The position numbers were made by a program, and so were the translations under genes. Below, piece after piece: positions 13,851 to 27,402 of a stretch of 64,000 nt of DNA (position 1 is its first letter; the number at the start of each line of letters is the position of its first letter). Location: the NCBI RefSeq assembly GCF_036321535.1, contig NC_087436.1:30320001-30384000 (forward strand). Reading direction: 5' to 3'. Source of the DNA: Camelus dromedarius (taxonomy: Eukaryota). The notes beneath the pieces were generated by a model. It searched no databases. It was not told where the DNA came from and saw only the letters and a program-made list of their open reading frames with translations.

Positions 13851-14254
13851 ATAGCATAGAATTCTGATTTAGCAAAGTTAAGAGCAATACAGAGAATGTG
13901 TCAAATTACCCATTTAAGGATTTATTTTTATTTCAAAATTTAGGATATTATCTAATACTATCCACAGGATTTGTATGAAGGGTGTACTAGAATTATAAAC
14001 TTAAGAACATAATTTACCTTTAACATCAGAAAGGGCAACAAGCACACACTTATAATGTGGCTAATGCTACAAGCAAGACTGACTGATTATATTCTAACCT
14101 CTTCTCTCCCCTTGGCTCTCAGGATTTGTAATATATATAGCATATACATGTACATACATATATTAAAATTTATCTCTAAATATCATTTGTTGTATAAAAT
14201 GTGTATAAAATATGTGTACCTGTGTATACATATATGTGTAAAATTCCAATAAAG

Positions 14255-14510
14255 ACTTCCCATATGGAAACCCTAGTAAAACCTATTCTACAGTGACAAA
14301 AAGCCACTAGTCACAGTTGCCTAGGAGAGGGGTAGAGAGATTAACTACAAAGGACAGAAGTTAACTTTTTTGGTGATAAAAATATTCTATATCTTTATTG
14401 AGGTTGTTATTATAGATATTTGTTAAAAACTCATCAAACTCCAAAGAAAATAGGTACACTTTATTATTTCTAAGTTATACTGCGATAAAGTTGATTAAAA
14501 ATGGAAAAAA
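14255..14510 (+). mobile_element. L1ME/L1MD 3' end
   Basis: tacagtgacaaaaagc...ggtgataaaaatattctatatc...aaaactcatcaaact...aagttatactgcgataaagttg. Confidence 0.7.
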
Positions 14511-15311
14511 AGTTTCCTTTTTTGAGTTTATTAACTAGTAATTTACCAGAAGTTCTAGTCAATCTAGTAACCCTATTCTTCAAACATACTGTCACATGTG
14601 TAGCATGTGTTAGAAGGAATGTAAGAAGGTGGCATTGATTACAGATGTCCTTTTTCACAGTAATTATTATTACAAGACATTTCTAGTTAGCATTGATTAA
14701 TGCATTTTATTTGGCCAAATTTACACTCAAGGCATTTGATAATCGCTGAATTTAATAAGATTAATTTTAGTAGTGTATCATGAAACTGTTGGAAATATCA
14801 CTTCATGCTGGGAAGGTGGCTTGTCTTCCACACAATTTACTAGCATATTCTGAAACTTGGTCATACTGATATTGAAAAAAAATTCCAAAGAAAAAACAAA
14901 TACCCTTTATTTTACAATCTTGTCTCACTTTTTGGCCTTCAGCAGCAATTGATTGACTTGCAAAACTAGTTACCATCCACCAGGTAATGTACCAGCTTTC
15001 TATACAGTATAGGTAATGTCACTGAAGACAAGCAGGTGGTTTCAGAATAAGTATTAAAATTTATGTATGATTAAAATGTAAAGACTGTATAAAGCTAATT
15101 ATCTTTGAAATGTAAGGCATACATTTAATAACTCTTAATAAAACTGGTGCTCTAGAGATTTATCAGTGAGTCTACAGTGCAAATTAGCAGTAAAGGAGGA
15201 CAGTAGGCCAGGCTACATGTCATGCTATGTGGGTAAACAGGACTTCTCAGAAGAGCTGAAAATCCCACACAGAAAACTTATTCTTAATGCTTTAGGCTGC
15301 TCTTTAAAATT

Positions 15312-15623
15312 AGAGGTCAGCAATCTTTTTCAGTAAAGAGCCAGATAGTAAACATTGTAGGCTTTGCAGGCCACACTGAATCTGTCATGCTCCTCAACTT
15401 TGCCACTGTTAGTGCGAAAGCAGTCCAAACATTAATTTATTTTCACTTTCCTTCCAGGACTTATTTTCTATCCCCTTTTGTATGTTTGTTTCAGTTACAT
15501 CGATTTTCTTCTCAAACAAGAGAGCTAGTCGTAAACAAATGAGTGTGCCTGTGTTCCAATAAGAACTTGGTGAGAAAGGCAGGAGTCTGGCTGGGATTGA
15601 CATACAGATTATACTGACTCCTG
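15312..15623. mobile_element. MER58A-like hAT-Charlie MITE with an internal ~95-bp extra segment
   Basis: gtaaagagccagatagtaaacatt.taggctttgcaggccac...actcaactttgccactgt..gcgaaagcag and aaacaaatgagtgtgcctgtgttccaataa match MER58A. Ends resemble the TIRs (agaggtcagca / ctgactcctg). Confidence 0.75.
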
Positions 15624-17544
15624 TTCTAAATTTTCATTGGAAAACTAATGAAACTCACCTATTCTATAGGGCTGATACACTTTATGCTTGCCTCACATAA
15701 ATTTAGGACTATTTAGAGATTATATTTTTAATACCAGTGCTAATATGTCAATGATGGTATAACTGTAAAAGCTATTTTCTATTCCCCATTAGTAAAATAA
15801 GTTCAGAAGTGAGTTAAAATACAATTAATTATGTTTTATGAAACTTGTTGGAGTGTTTTAGATTATAGCACTAACTGAGCAGTGTTGAAATCTCTGAGGT
15901 GGACCTCGAAATATGGTACACCTCAATTTCAACCAAGTTCTTCACATTTAAAAAATAAATCAATGAAGTAAGATAGAAACCAAAATGTCAAATATATTTC
16001 TAACAGAGGGCAGTTCAAAGGTCAGAGTCAAACTGTCCTGCTAAATAAATCTCAGAACTTAAGCATATTTATCCACTCTATAAAGAGGTGCTTGACCTTA
16101 TGGGTCTCTGCCCTTTAGGAGAAGAAAGCAGAGCTGCTCTGTACATCAACTTCAGAAGGTCTGAGTCAAGATAAACCTGCACAGTGACTCCTCCCAAACT
16201 TGACTGGTCATTCACTTCACCTCCCATGATCGGAGTGACTACAGTATAAAGGAAGACTGAAGCATTTTCCACCAACAAATAGATCATGTCTCTTAGAGAA
16301 TTTACATTTAGTAGAGCTATTTTACCAATACATCTAACTTGCTTCTTCTGACAAGTAAACATTATTTTCATTATCTTAACTTCAAAGACTATTGCTTGAT
16401 ATTTACATGTTCTGCCCATTTTTCAAAAATCATTACTCTTTAGTGGATTCTAAATACTTTTTTTCAATTATTGCAGTTATAGTCACTAGGCGCATCAGTA
16501 CCACTTTAGTGATTATACTACTACTAATTGTAAAGAACTCATTTGAGATTTATGCAGACTAATACTTATTTCTCTAAAATATTCTACTGTAATGTGGAAT
16601 TAGTTGAGTTCTGCTGATTTCAGCAGTTCTGGAGGGCTGCCAAAACCTAGGTTTTTTTGTTGTTGTTAACTGTGTTAAATAATATTTCCCTTTTACAAAT
16701 TATGAAATTTTATTGCTAAACTAAGCATATTACGACTGTCAGAAATGATGAATGAAACCTCCCAATTTTATGCTAATATGTGGATTAGACAAATAAAATT
16801 GTCCCACACTGTGTCTCTAGCTGTAACTTTATAAATGTAATGTATATACAGACTATGTATAAAAGAGTGTCATTACTTTTATTACTTTTTTCTCCAGTTT
16901 AAAAAGAAAACAAAATTGAAATAAACACATACAATAATAAGACAGAATCAGTCTCTGAAGGAAAATGCTTGGAAGTAACTTAAAGGAGTTTTTGTTTGCA
17001 TGTATGCAGGTATATATACATTTTTGGCCTAAATAAATTAAAACTAGGTATTAATTGAATGAAAAAAGTTAAATTGTAATACAAAAGTGTTATGAATAAT
17101 GTGCATGAAAATGATGGGATATTTTCTTTATGAATCACAGTGTTTATATAAAAGGAACGATTTCAAAATTTGAATAGTATTTTTCTCAAAAATTTGCCTC
17201 TGACTTTTGTCTCTGGTCAAAACCTGTTTTATTCTTTTTCCCCTGAACATACATATTTAGTAAACAGTATTTAAAATATAGAGTGATAGGAAGATATATA
17301 GAAAGCTCTCTTGTCAATAAATTATCGGAAATAGAATTGTTTTCATTTCTCAGTGATATTTTCAGTTCAAGGTAGTATGACTTTAGCATGGGAGAAGCCA
17401 CTTGTGATGTCGTTTTATGTCACTAAAACACAACTTAGCACAGTAGAACTCTCCCTCTGTGATTTCATTTGGATTTGTGATAAATGTTCCTTGTACTTGT
17501 TTTGGGCCTTGCATTGTTTCCTATTTTGAATAATAATTTAAATA

Positions 17545-18017
17545 TTGTGCTTCACTTTACTGAGCTCAGTAGATACTGTGCCTTTTTACAAATTGGTTTG
17601 CCGCAATCCTGCATTGAACAAGACAGTCAGCGGCATTTTTCCAATAGCATTTGTTTACTTTGTGTCTCTGTGTCACATTTTGGTAATTCTCACCAAATTA
17701 CAAATTTTTTCATTATTATTTTACTTGTTATGGTGATCTGTGATCTGTGCTCTTTGAGGTTACTATCACAAAAAAAATCTTAACTCACTAAAGCATCAGA
17801 TGATGGTTAGCATTTTTTTAGTAAGTATTTTTAACTTAAGGTATGTTCTTTTTTTTAGACATAATGCTATTGCACACTTCATAGGCCACAGTATAGTGTG
17901 AACATAACTTTTACATGTAATGAGAAACCAAAAAATTTGTGTGATTCTCTTTATTGTGATGTTCATTTTATTATGGTGGTGTGGAACTGAGCCTGCTATA
18001 GCTCTGAGATGTGCCTG
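17545..18017 (+). mobile_element. Tigger1 internal-deletion derivative (Tigger1a-like)
   Basis: Tigger1 left arm (ttttacaaatt..tttg..gcaatcctgc...ttgtgtctctgtgtcacattttggtaattctc) is joined to the right arm, ending gagatgtgcctg followed by TA. The 5' TIR is missing. Confidence 0.85.
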
Positions 18018-18759
18018 TACTCAGCTGTCTTAATCTACACTGTATGTAGCAGTTTATTCAGATCATTAAAAAAAAAAACAAAAAACTTCAGAGGCCTCTC
18101 TGCATTGTGCCAAACCCCAAAACCATTTCTATATTGTGTTTCTTTCATTCGATGGTACCTTTCATAAATGTGAAGTTAAAAGACTCAGTGCTAGTTAATT
18201 AATTTTAATTCTTTCATTGAATTCTGTTGGTTAGATATTACAATATGTATTTATTCAACAACTGTTGATGGACATTTAATCTATTTCAAATTTTCTCTAT
18301 TATAAACTATGCTACAATAACACATAAGTCTAGTGGTCACTTGTACATTTTTCTAGAGAATACATACAGAAATAAAATCCTCAGATAAAAGAGTAAGTTT
18401 ATTTGATTGTAATTAACCTTGTCAAATATTAGCCAAATTCATCAATCTTTCTATTAAATTTTTGCTTTTGTGACTTGTCAGGAAGCTTTCCTACTCATAT
18501 GCCATATAGCTTGTCTTCTAGTTTTTTTCCTTTTACATTTAAGTTTTACCTCAATATTATTGTAACCCGTCAAAATCTATTCTATTTGTGGAATACTGAA
18601 TGAATCTAAGTTTATTTTTCTTTATGTATCACCATTTGTCTAAGCTACTGACAAATTTTACATTTGTTATATAACATTTCCACACACGTTTTTCTGATTC
18701 TGAGCTTGTTAATCTCACTCACTTATTCAATTGTCTAGCCTAAGACTAATAATAATAGT

Positions 18760-19000
18760 GATAATAATAATATAATAATTCAACCTAGTACTTTTTACTG
18801 TGTCAGATACTGTCCTAAACACTATATACTTAATCATTAAATCTTATAACCATCCTCTCAGGTAAGTACTTTATTACCCCCATTTATCAGAAGAGGAGCA
18901 GAGAGTTTAAATAATTTGCCTACATCATATATGCACGGTAGAGTCAGGTTTTAACCCAGACATTTGGCTCCAGAGTTTGAGACTTTAACATTCAGCTACC
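18760..19000 (-). mobile_element. MIR with (TAA)n tail
   Basis: tactgtgtcagatactgtcctaaacact...aatcttataaccatcctctcaggtaagtactttattaccccatttatcag...aacccagaca...ctccagag. Confidence 0.8.
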
Positions 19001-19022
19001 CTGCTTGGCTGGTACGCTGTCT

Positions 19023-19335
19023 GTAAGAGACACTGCTACGTGTTACCAAGACCCAATCCATTCTCCTCTTGGGCATACTACTAACCTCTAATTTTTCAGC
19101 CTTCCTTTTAACGAAGTATGGCTGTGTGATTGTGCTCTGCCCAATGGACAGTGAAAATAGTGATGTGTGTTGTTCTGATTGGCTCATAAGAGCTTTCACA
19201 TACAAACTCGTCTTTCCCTGCTTATTATCAAGATGCAGAGGATCTAGTAGAGGATTATGAGATCCTACAGGGTAGAATATTGTAAGATGCATTGAGACTG
19301 GTCTCTGAATCACAGTGTGGAACACAGATGCCGAG
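19023..19335 (+). mobile_element. MLT1J-like MaLR LTR (partial)
   Basis: atccattctcctc...cagccttcctttt...tggctgtgtgatt.tgctctgcccaatgga...agtgatgtgtg...tctctgaatcacagtgtggaaca. Confidence 0.65.
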
Positions 19336-19379
19336 CAATTGTTCTGAAGTGTTAGGTGGGCGGGAAATACGATTCTAGA

Positions 19380-20112
19380 AGTGCACTGTTCCCATACAGT
19401 AGCTGCTAGCTACATTGGCTATGACTGTGGGGGCACATTCTTGGGTTAATAAGCTGTAGGGTTGCAATGCAGAAAACTGCTGCTCTTTGTCTTGCTGGAA
19501 ATGGCAAGACATGCCTAGCTTATCTTAGGTGTAAGTTGTTAGCTGTAGGGCTGCTTCTGCTTCTTGGAAAACCATTACCTTTTGCCCTTGCTGAAAACAG
19601 CAGGGCATTCTTCACTTATCTAGTTAGATCTTGATCTTTATAGGGTCTTTGTGCCTGCCTGGTTCCCATTATCGATTGTATAAACATTGTAAACTTCTCC
19701 TTAAACATATAGATTAAGACTAATGTTTCTTTCTTTCACAAAACTGTTGACCGGCATACTTGCATGTACACCATACCCCATACACATTCCAGTGATGTGT
19801 TTTACCTTAATCTGTTGTTTGACTACTCTTAATAAATATAAGAGTTTTGGAGGGGCTCGGGGAGTTGCATTTGGTCTCTGGCTCCTTCTCACTCTCTTGA
19901 TTTGATAAAGTCTCGAGTGATTCATTCTTATGTGGTGGGTCTTTGAATATGACATTTAAATTTAAATAAATTTAAAATTTTAGTCACACAGCCAAATTAG
20001 CACCAGTTCAAGTGCTCAGTAGGTGCGTATGGTTATCATCATGATTATCATAATGGACGTCACATATACAAAATATTCTCTTAAAAACAGAAAGTTGTGC
20101 TGAAGAGTTCTA
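19380..20112 (-). mobile_element. MER3 hAT transposon split by an LTR (19380-19425 and 19948-20112)
   Basis: gcactgttcccatacagtagctgctagctacattggcta continues after the LTR as tttaaatttaaat...ttcaagtgctcagtag...cagaaagtt. Confidence 0.7.
19426..19947 (+). mobile_element. Solo LTR, probably ERV2/ERVK (betaretrovirus-like)
   Basis: Starts TGTGGGG. Exact 6-bp TSD tatgac at 19420-19425 and 19948-19953. TATA-like aaatataa at ~19834. Degenerate polyA signal gataaa followed by ctcgagtgattcattc. The terminal CA is mutated. Confidence 0.8.
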
Positions 20113-20329
20113 TTCCAAAGTGTTAACCTACTGAGATTTTGAAGACTATCACAACATTCAAATTACTTTGACAAAAATTTTACTATAAATACTAATTTTT
20201 TCATTAATCTTGAAATCTTATAAGTGATATCACCTTGTACATTTCATTCTTCAAAATATTTTTAGATTTTATTTTCTCACTACCTTATGATACTAATTTA
20301 AAATCCCAACCAATATTTCATGTCTTCAC

Positions 20330-21170
20330 TGGCACTTGTTACTGTAAGTCATTTAAAATTTAGCCTTTACGGTCATGTTATCAAAATGAGAGTTTCTTTT
20401 GTATCTATAGATAACTCATGAGGCAGATATTTTTTCATATGTTCATTAAAACATTTTGAAATCCTCTTTTGTGAAGTGCCTAATTTAATTTCCCATTCAG
20501 GTCTTCACTGTTTCTTATTAATGTGTAGCATGTCTTTATACATCTGTTATGAATCCTTTTCAGTTAATATATTTCATACTGAAAGGTTAGAAAAATCTAG
20601 ACAAAATTCTTATTTTATGTAAGTAAACTTCTTACTTTATCTTTATTATCATCTTAAAAATAACCATAATTTAAAAATCAAGTTCCAATTATTGACGTTG
20701 CTGACTGTCATCTCACCATCTATTCATCTGTCTGTCCTCCACTAACTCTTCACAACCAAAGACATTCTGTCTCCTAAGTTTTGGCTTTTACAGAATATCA
20801 TATAGTTGGAAATATCCAATATGTAGTATTTTTATATTGGCTTTTTTACTTAGTAATATGAATTCAAGCTTCTTCCATGTCTTTTCATAAATTGATAGCA
20901 TATTCCTTCATCATCTGATGGACAATTCTGCCGATATGATAATGTTGGATACATGTCATTATACATTTGTTTGTCATTTTATAGGTTTAGATAAATGTAT
21001 AGTGAAATTTGTCTATCATTATAATATCACATGAACTACTTTTTCTGCCCTAAAAATCCTCTGTGCTCTGCCTATTTATTCTCCCACTCCCTCTCAAACG
21101 CTGGCAAGTACTTATCTTCTGGCTGTCTCCACAGTTTTGCGTTTTTTAAAAGATCATACAGTTTAAATCA
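20330..21170 (-). mobile_element. Mosaic of antisense L1 (mostly L1MC-like 3') fragments
   Basis: 20735-20915 and 20975-21170 resemble overlapping parts of the L1MC copy at 2455-3599. A short sense piece lies at ~20916-20970. Confidence 0.6.
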
Positions 21171-21171
21171 T

Positions 21172-21800
21172 TGTTGGTGAGGATTTGGAGAAATTGAAAC
21201 CGTCATCCATTGCTGGTGGGAATGTAAAATGATGTCACTATTTTGGAAAACAGTTTGATAGTTCCTCAAAATGCTCAACATAGAATTACCATAAAACCCA
21301 GAAATTCTACTCCTAAGGGTAACCAAGAGTAATGAAAACATGTATCAACATTCAAAAATTTCACATGGATGTTCAGAATAGCACTATTCATCATAGCTTA
21401 AAGGTGGAAACTAGACAGATGTCAACCAACTGATGAAAGAGTCAGTAAAATTTAGTATAGTCATACAATGGATTATTCATCAGTAAAAGAAATGAAGTGG
21501 TGATACATGATACAGCATGGATGTACGGTGAGAATTTCATGCTAAGTAACAGAAATTAGTCATAAAAGACCCATTGAATGATTCCATTTATATGAAATTT
21601 CCTTAATAGACAAATTCATAGAGACAGAAAGTAAACTGTTGTTTGTTAATGAATTCTGATACAATGGAGGTTCTTCTACAGTGATAAAAAGTTCTAAAAT
21701 TAGATAATGATGATGTTTGCACAACTCTGTGAATATACTAGAACCACTGAATTATACATTTTAAAAAAGTAAAATGTATGGTGTATAATTCTACCCAGTA
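21172..21800 (+). mobile_element. L1MB-type 3' end
   Basis: tgttggtgaggatttggagaaattgaaacc...gctggtgggaatgtaaaatg...gcacaactctgtgaatatactagaaccactgaatt. Confidence 0.85.
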
Positions 21801-24239
21801 AGTTGTTATAACAAAAAATATCACACTGCTATGCATATCTTTACATGTCTTTTGGTGCACAGGTATATTTATTTCTTCTGGCATGTGCTTCTTGGTAAAA
21901 TGTCTTGGCTTGCTCTTAACTATATCATGGCATACTTTTACTATCTTGTGCACATAAAGGAAACCCCATGTATATTTTGGCTCTCATGTGGGAGGTAAGG
22001 AGCATTATATGATATTAAGTTCTCATTATAGCTCCAATAGACTGAAAAGAACAAAGAAAATACATTTAGTGAAGACGATTTACAGAAAAAAAGATAAATT
22101 AGGAGTGGCTATTCCTAAGAATATAGTCAAATTATTAACTAATAAATAAAAGGCTGAAAGAGGAAGAGTGACTAATGTTATAGGAAATAAACATAAAATG
22201 ACTTTCAAATATACTTATTATGTACTCAAATTGCAAGCATTTCAAACTGTTTTTTCTAACATTATCTCCTCCTAGAAAAATATTCAAGCAGGGATTTTCT
22301 AACTAAATTTTCCTGTTTGTGTTTCTTGATAGAAATATTGAAGGAAAAACAACTAGTGCAAATATATTTTAAAATATCTACATACTAAACATATTTAACT
22401 TTTGACTTCTTATCATTAAAAATAACTAGATATTTAATTGATGATGCAGTGCAAAATATAAAAAAAAAAGATAGTAACACTTATGTAGTGCCTACTATGG
22501 ATAATCTTGAGCATTTTACATAATTAGTTGATTTAAGACTTGGGTGATACAATTGCCAGATGCTGAAAATGTGACAGAGAAACATTAAACATCTAGCTTA
22601 TGCTATATAAATATAGGGCTCCTGACTCAAGTTCACACTCTTTAATTGTAAGTTCTATCTGAAAGGACAAAGCATCAGTACATAAATTAATGCAGATGCT
22701 ACCTATGCCTTGAATAAAGCTAAGCCTAACTTCAGAAGTGAAATCCCCATAGCACAACTGTTTGGTCATCTTTAAAATCAGTTTTCTTGGGTCAAACATA
22801 GTCTGTTTTCTAACTGTCGAAGGTAAAATTGCAAGTCAAGTACTTCATTCACATTTATATGCTCTGAATTTGCTTTGTGCTTCTCTGAATTGAATCTTAT
22901 TTTAATGTTTGGTATCAGTCAAATTCTGTAAAGCATAAGAAGTGGATTTCTTTCCAGTAATTTCTCCCACTACTATCCTACAATCCAGCCATAACTGATT
23001 ATCATTTTCCTGGCTTTGTGGTAGAGTTTATTAACTTCCGTATCTATTGAAATCTTTAGAGTCAAAGATAAAGAGGCTTTATTCCAGAATATGTGAATAT
23101 AAGTGAATTCTGCTAGCAGTGAAACTGTGTCCATCCTAATATTTTTTTCTCAAAAATTATGATACATTTTCTCTGCTGCATGTTCCAACTTTGTGGAGGG
23201 ATTATGAGCTTCTTTATAGCTTTATAGCAGGGGTATTTTCTAACAATCTCTGTGTCCCCCATCTCCACAACTCTCAGGTGTCACAGTAGCTACATGAATG
23301 TAGCTATTTTGTGTAGCAACACCAGATTCCACTGAAGGAAATTTCTGTTGGGTAATGTTCCATGAACTGATTATATTTTCCATATTCAAAGTATGTGATC
23401 TTTGTCAGTGGAAAAATACATACATAAATATGTGCTGTATTACACAATACTTTATGGCTTAACCAAAATGAGATTAGGTGATTATAAATCAAGTTCCTTT
23501 ATAGATCGCTGATATTAAATGACAAATGACATGCTATTTTAAAAAACAGTTTTCCAACTTTGGAGTATGTATGAAATTTGTTCCATGTATCAGAGAGAAT
23601 GAGTAAATAATTGATTGTAAAATTTTGGAATTCTAGGGTTGAGGACACCATCTCCTGTCTTTTTTCCACTAGGAAAATTGTAATGATTTCCTTTATTTAG
23701 TAGCAACATGCTTGTACTAGTGAGAATTTACCTAACTGTTTATTCAATAGTTGAAAATATTCCAACTGAATAAGATTGAACTTATCTTTACTTACCAGGC
23801 TGTCACTAAGTTGGATAAGATCAATATAGTATTACAACTACTTAAAAATGGCTAAACTCTGATGTTACAGAATTTATTTCCCTGAAAACTCAAATGCAGG
23901 AAAAATATATTTTAAATAATGTTTCCAAAATAATATGCACCACTATTTCTTTTTTACTTGAATTTACTTTGGGAGAGTTAAAATAAGATCTGATAGACCA
24001 ATCTGAGAGTTTTAGCCTTGCTAGGCAGTAATAACAGCATAAGTAGTAACTGTAAGATTAAATTGATTGACTTCTTCATTCAGCCAAATATTTAGTGAAC
24101 ATCTTCCATCCCTTCAGTTTCATCTTCTACCCCAAAACAACTGATGTTAACAGTTTATAAGTCCTCTTCTTGACTCTTGTCCATGCTATACAGAAATATT
24201 TATTTACATAAGATAGATAATATTTTTGAAATGTTATCT

Positions 24240-24751
24240 TGTTAGATAGTTAGATAACTGGGGATACTGGGCAGACAGGTTGGGGAGAGGGAGGATGGTC
24301 TGGAAGATGGCATTATTTCTAAATAAGTGCCAGCAAGAAACCAGTTAAAACCCAACAGCCACAACTGTGAGGTAGCCGAAAGGACTTCACTGGACAGACA
24401 CAATGCTCGTTGTATTACAATTAACATTGTGGTTTAGGCTCCCCCATGGGTCTTCCTGTGTAAACCATGGGTAAGAATATGCACAAAAGGGGCCAAACAT
24501 GACTAAGCATTCCACGGACAAGAGCCGTCAATCAGTCAAGAGACCACCTCTAAGCAAGGGTGTAAGAGAAAGGGGAGACAAAACTGCTGCTTGTCCTCCC
24601 TTGGATCAGCTCGCCTCCCATTCTTGGAGTGCATTTTTCCTTTTTTAAATAAATTTTTTAAAATCTTTTGCTACATAACATACCACCTCCCAACTGAGAA
24701 TTTATCTTTTGGGTATGACAAGAACTGGGGTCTTTACCTTTTGGGGTAATA
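24240..24751 (+). mobile_element. Solo ERV1 LTR (MER41/MER39-group-like)
   Basis: Starts tgttagatagttagata and ends ggtaata (CA mutated). 4-bp TSD atct at 24236-24239 and 24752-24755. R region ctcccattcttggagtg..aataaa. Confidence 0.8.
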
Positions 24752-25039
24752 ATCTGGCCTCTAGTAATGCAACAAGGAAAACCATATTTTGCCTGGGAGT
24801 TTAGGTCTGCCTTGCAATTTCCACATTTCTTACACCCTTATGAGAATGCAGAAATAAAGACAAATTATTTGAGAACCCAATTTGAGATATTAAGGACTAC
24901 CCATATTTTATACAGATGTCCTTTACCTACATTTTCTAATATGCTAGCTATCAGTATCTGTGGCTGTTGAACACTGAAATATGACTAATCTGAATTGAAA
25001 TCTTAAACTTCATATATTTTGAATTAAGTAATATACTTC

Positions 25040-25275
25040 TAAATAGTCATGGTTTTTTAAATAAAAGAAATCTCAGGGTAATTTATAAATTTTTTGAACT
25101 AAATCACACTGAACAAAAAAATAACCAAATCTGTGGGACTTAGCTAAAGCAGTATTTATAGAGAAATGTAGAGCTTTAAAAGCTTTTATTTAAAAAAGAA
25201 TGTCTAGAATCAATTAGCTATCATAGTAAGCTAGAAAAGGAAGCACAAACTAAACTTAAAGTCAGTAGAAAACAA
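25040..25275 (+). mobile_element. L1 ORF2 fragment (post-endonuclease)
   Basis: aaatctgtgggacttagctaaagcagtatttatagagaaatgtagagc matches the NLWD.AKAV..GK motif. Confidence 0.7.
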
Positions 25276-26724
25276 TTTTTTCTATTGCCTACCATTTACA
25301 TTGAGGCAACCTACCTGTATTTTAGTTTAATACATCCTTGAAACTAGTTTTATACATTTCATAACACATTTCACAATCTTATTTAAATGTGACTGAAATG
25401 CACAGCAGCAGAAAAAATTTTCAAGACATTTATTTTTCTTTTACCACTATTTTAATGAGATCAATCCTGCTGGAGATAAGCATTTAAAGTTTTATGACAC
25501 TGTAAGTTGTTCAGTTTGGGAAACTCTACACTAGCATGGAGAGAGCTAATTTGAACATATGAACAGACACTTTTAATACACAGGAAAATGACTAAATAGT
25601 GGTTACATGAAGGAAGAAAATCTGGAAAATAAATCCCCAAAGAATGTGAATACAGTGGTTGCACTAGTGTATTAGCCCAACATTATTAGATTCCATATTT
25701 CTCGTGACCATGATTCAAAATGTAAGAGATGAAAATTAGAATTAGAATAGCATTTTTCAGATAAAATGTCACATTTACTGGTATTAAAGTGACCGATGAT
25801 GAAACCTGAAGTCTTCACTTCCCACTAAACCACTATGTTGTTCAAGGTAGAAATATGTAGAATTTGCATTAAGTGAAAAAATATTATGGACATTGATGAA
25901 TTCTGGAATCACAGTATATGCAGAAAAAAATAGCTCTTTTGGAAGAACATAGTCTGGGCCAATGTGTGGTCTCTTGCATTTGGGATTAAGGGTTGTTAGC
26001 AGCTGGGAAGATACCATATGGTTGAGTAATCCAAAGATGTTTCAAGAAGAAAAGAAATCTAGGCCAGTATCAGAAGCATCTCTTAACCTTAAGAGTGAAA
26101 AAGTCTTATTAACAAATAACCTTGGCCATCTCTTGCTCTATACCATATACAATATGCATTTGATCTCTTTCATGGTACAGAATATCAGTTTTTTTTGTCT
26201 ATTTGAGTGTAAACACAACCTTAGACTTCTATACAACCAGAAAATAGGCAAATTATTGACTCTACAATACTTACTTCAGTATACTTTGAATGAATCCATA
26301 AGGATACTTGGGAATAAACCAAGAGGCTGATCCTTTGGCAAACTGTTCTTAACAATGAACTCACGGGAGTACACTAAAAAGTAAACCTAAGATTCTCATA
26401 TCATGATATGTTATCTGTTTTCTGTTCATGTGAGAAAAAGGACATTTAAGTAAGACAGGAAATAATTACCTGAGCGACTATCGGAAAACCACTGGATGCT
26501 CATGAACATTTTCTTTAAAGAGAGTGAGAAAAGATACCTTTTGAGTTGCTTGGTTCTTCCATCTCTGCTGTCAGGGAGGGTTCCTAGATATCTAGTCAAT
26601 TTATAATTCCTAAAGTTTAATCATAGTACCACTCTGGCCATTACTTAGAGAAAGAAGAAATTGGGAACTGCTCATTATTTTCCACTATCTTAAACAATAC
26701 GACGTGACTTTAAAGTAATGTTTT

Positions 26725-27402
26725 AACAGTATGGAGATTCCTCAAAGGACTAGGAATAGACTTACCATATGACCCAGGAATCCCGCTCCTGGGCTTATAT
26801 CCAGAAGGAACTCTACTTCAGGATGACACATGCACCCCAATGTTCATAGCAGCATTATTCGCAATAGCCAAGACATGGAAACAGCCTAAATGTCCATCAA
26901 CAGATGACTGGATAAAGAAGAAGCAGTATATTTATACAATGGAATACTACTCAGCCATAAAAACTGACAACATAATGCCATTTGCAGCAACATGGATGCT
27001 CCAGGAAAATGTCATTCTAAGTTAAGTAAGCCAGAAAGACAAAGAAAAATACCATATGAGATCGCTCATATGTGGAATCTAAAACAAAAAACAAACAAAC
27101 AAACAAAAAAGCATAAATACAGAATAGAAATAGACTCATAGACATAGAATACAGACTTGTGGTTGCCAAGGGGGTAGGGGGGTGGGAAGAGACAGACTGG
27201 GATTTCAAAATGTAGAATAGAGAAACAAGATTATACTGTATAGCACAGGGAAATATACACAAGATCTGATGGTAGCTCACAGAGAAAGGAATGTGACAAT
27301 GAATATATATATGTTCATGTGTAATTGAAAAATTGTGCTCTACACTGGAATTTGACACAACATTGTAAAATGATTATAAATCAATAAAAAATGTTAAAAA
27401 AA
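26725..27402 (+). mobile_element. Relatively young 5'-truncated L1 (lineage-specific), ORF2 C-terminus plus 3' UTR
   Basis: Frame from 26726 reads TVWRFLKGLGIDLPYDPGIPLLGLYP...MFIAALFAIAKTWKQPKCPSTDDWIKK...ILS*VSQKDKEKYHMRSLICGI*, with one premature stop at 27023. PolyA signal and A tail present. Perfect TSD taaagtaatgtttt at 26711-26724 and 27403-27416. Confidence 0.95.
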
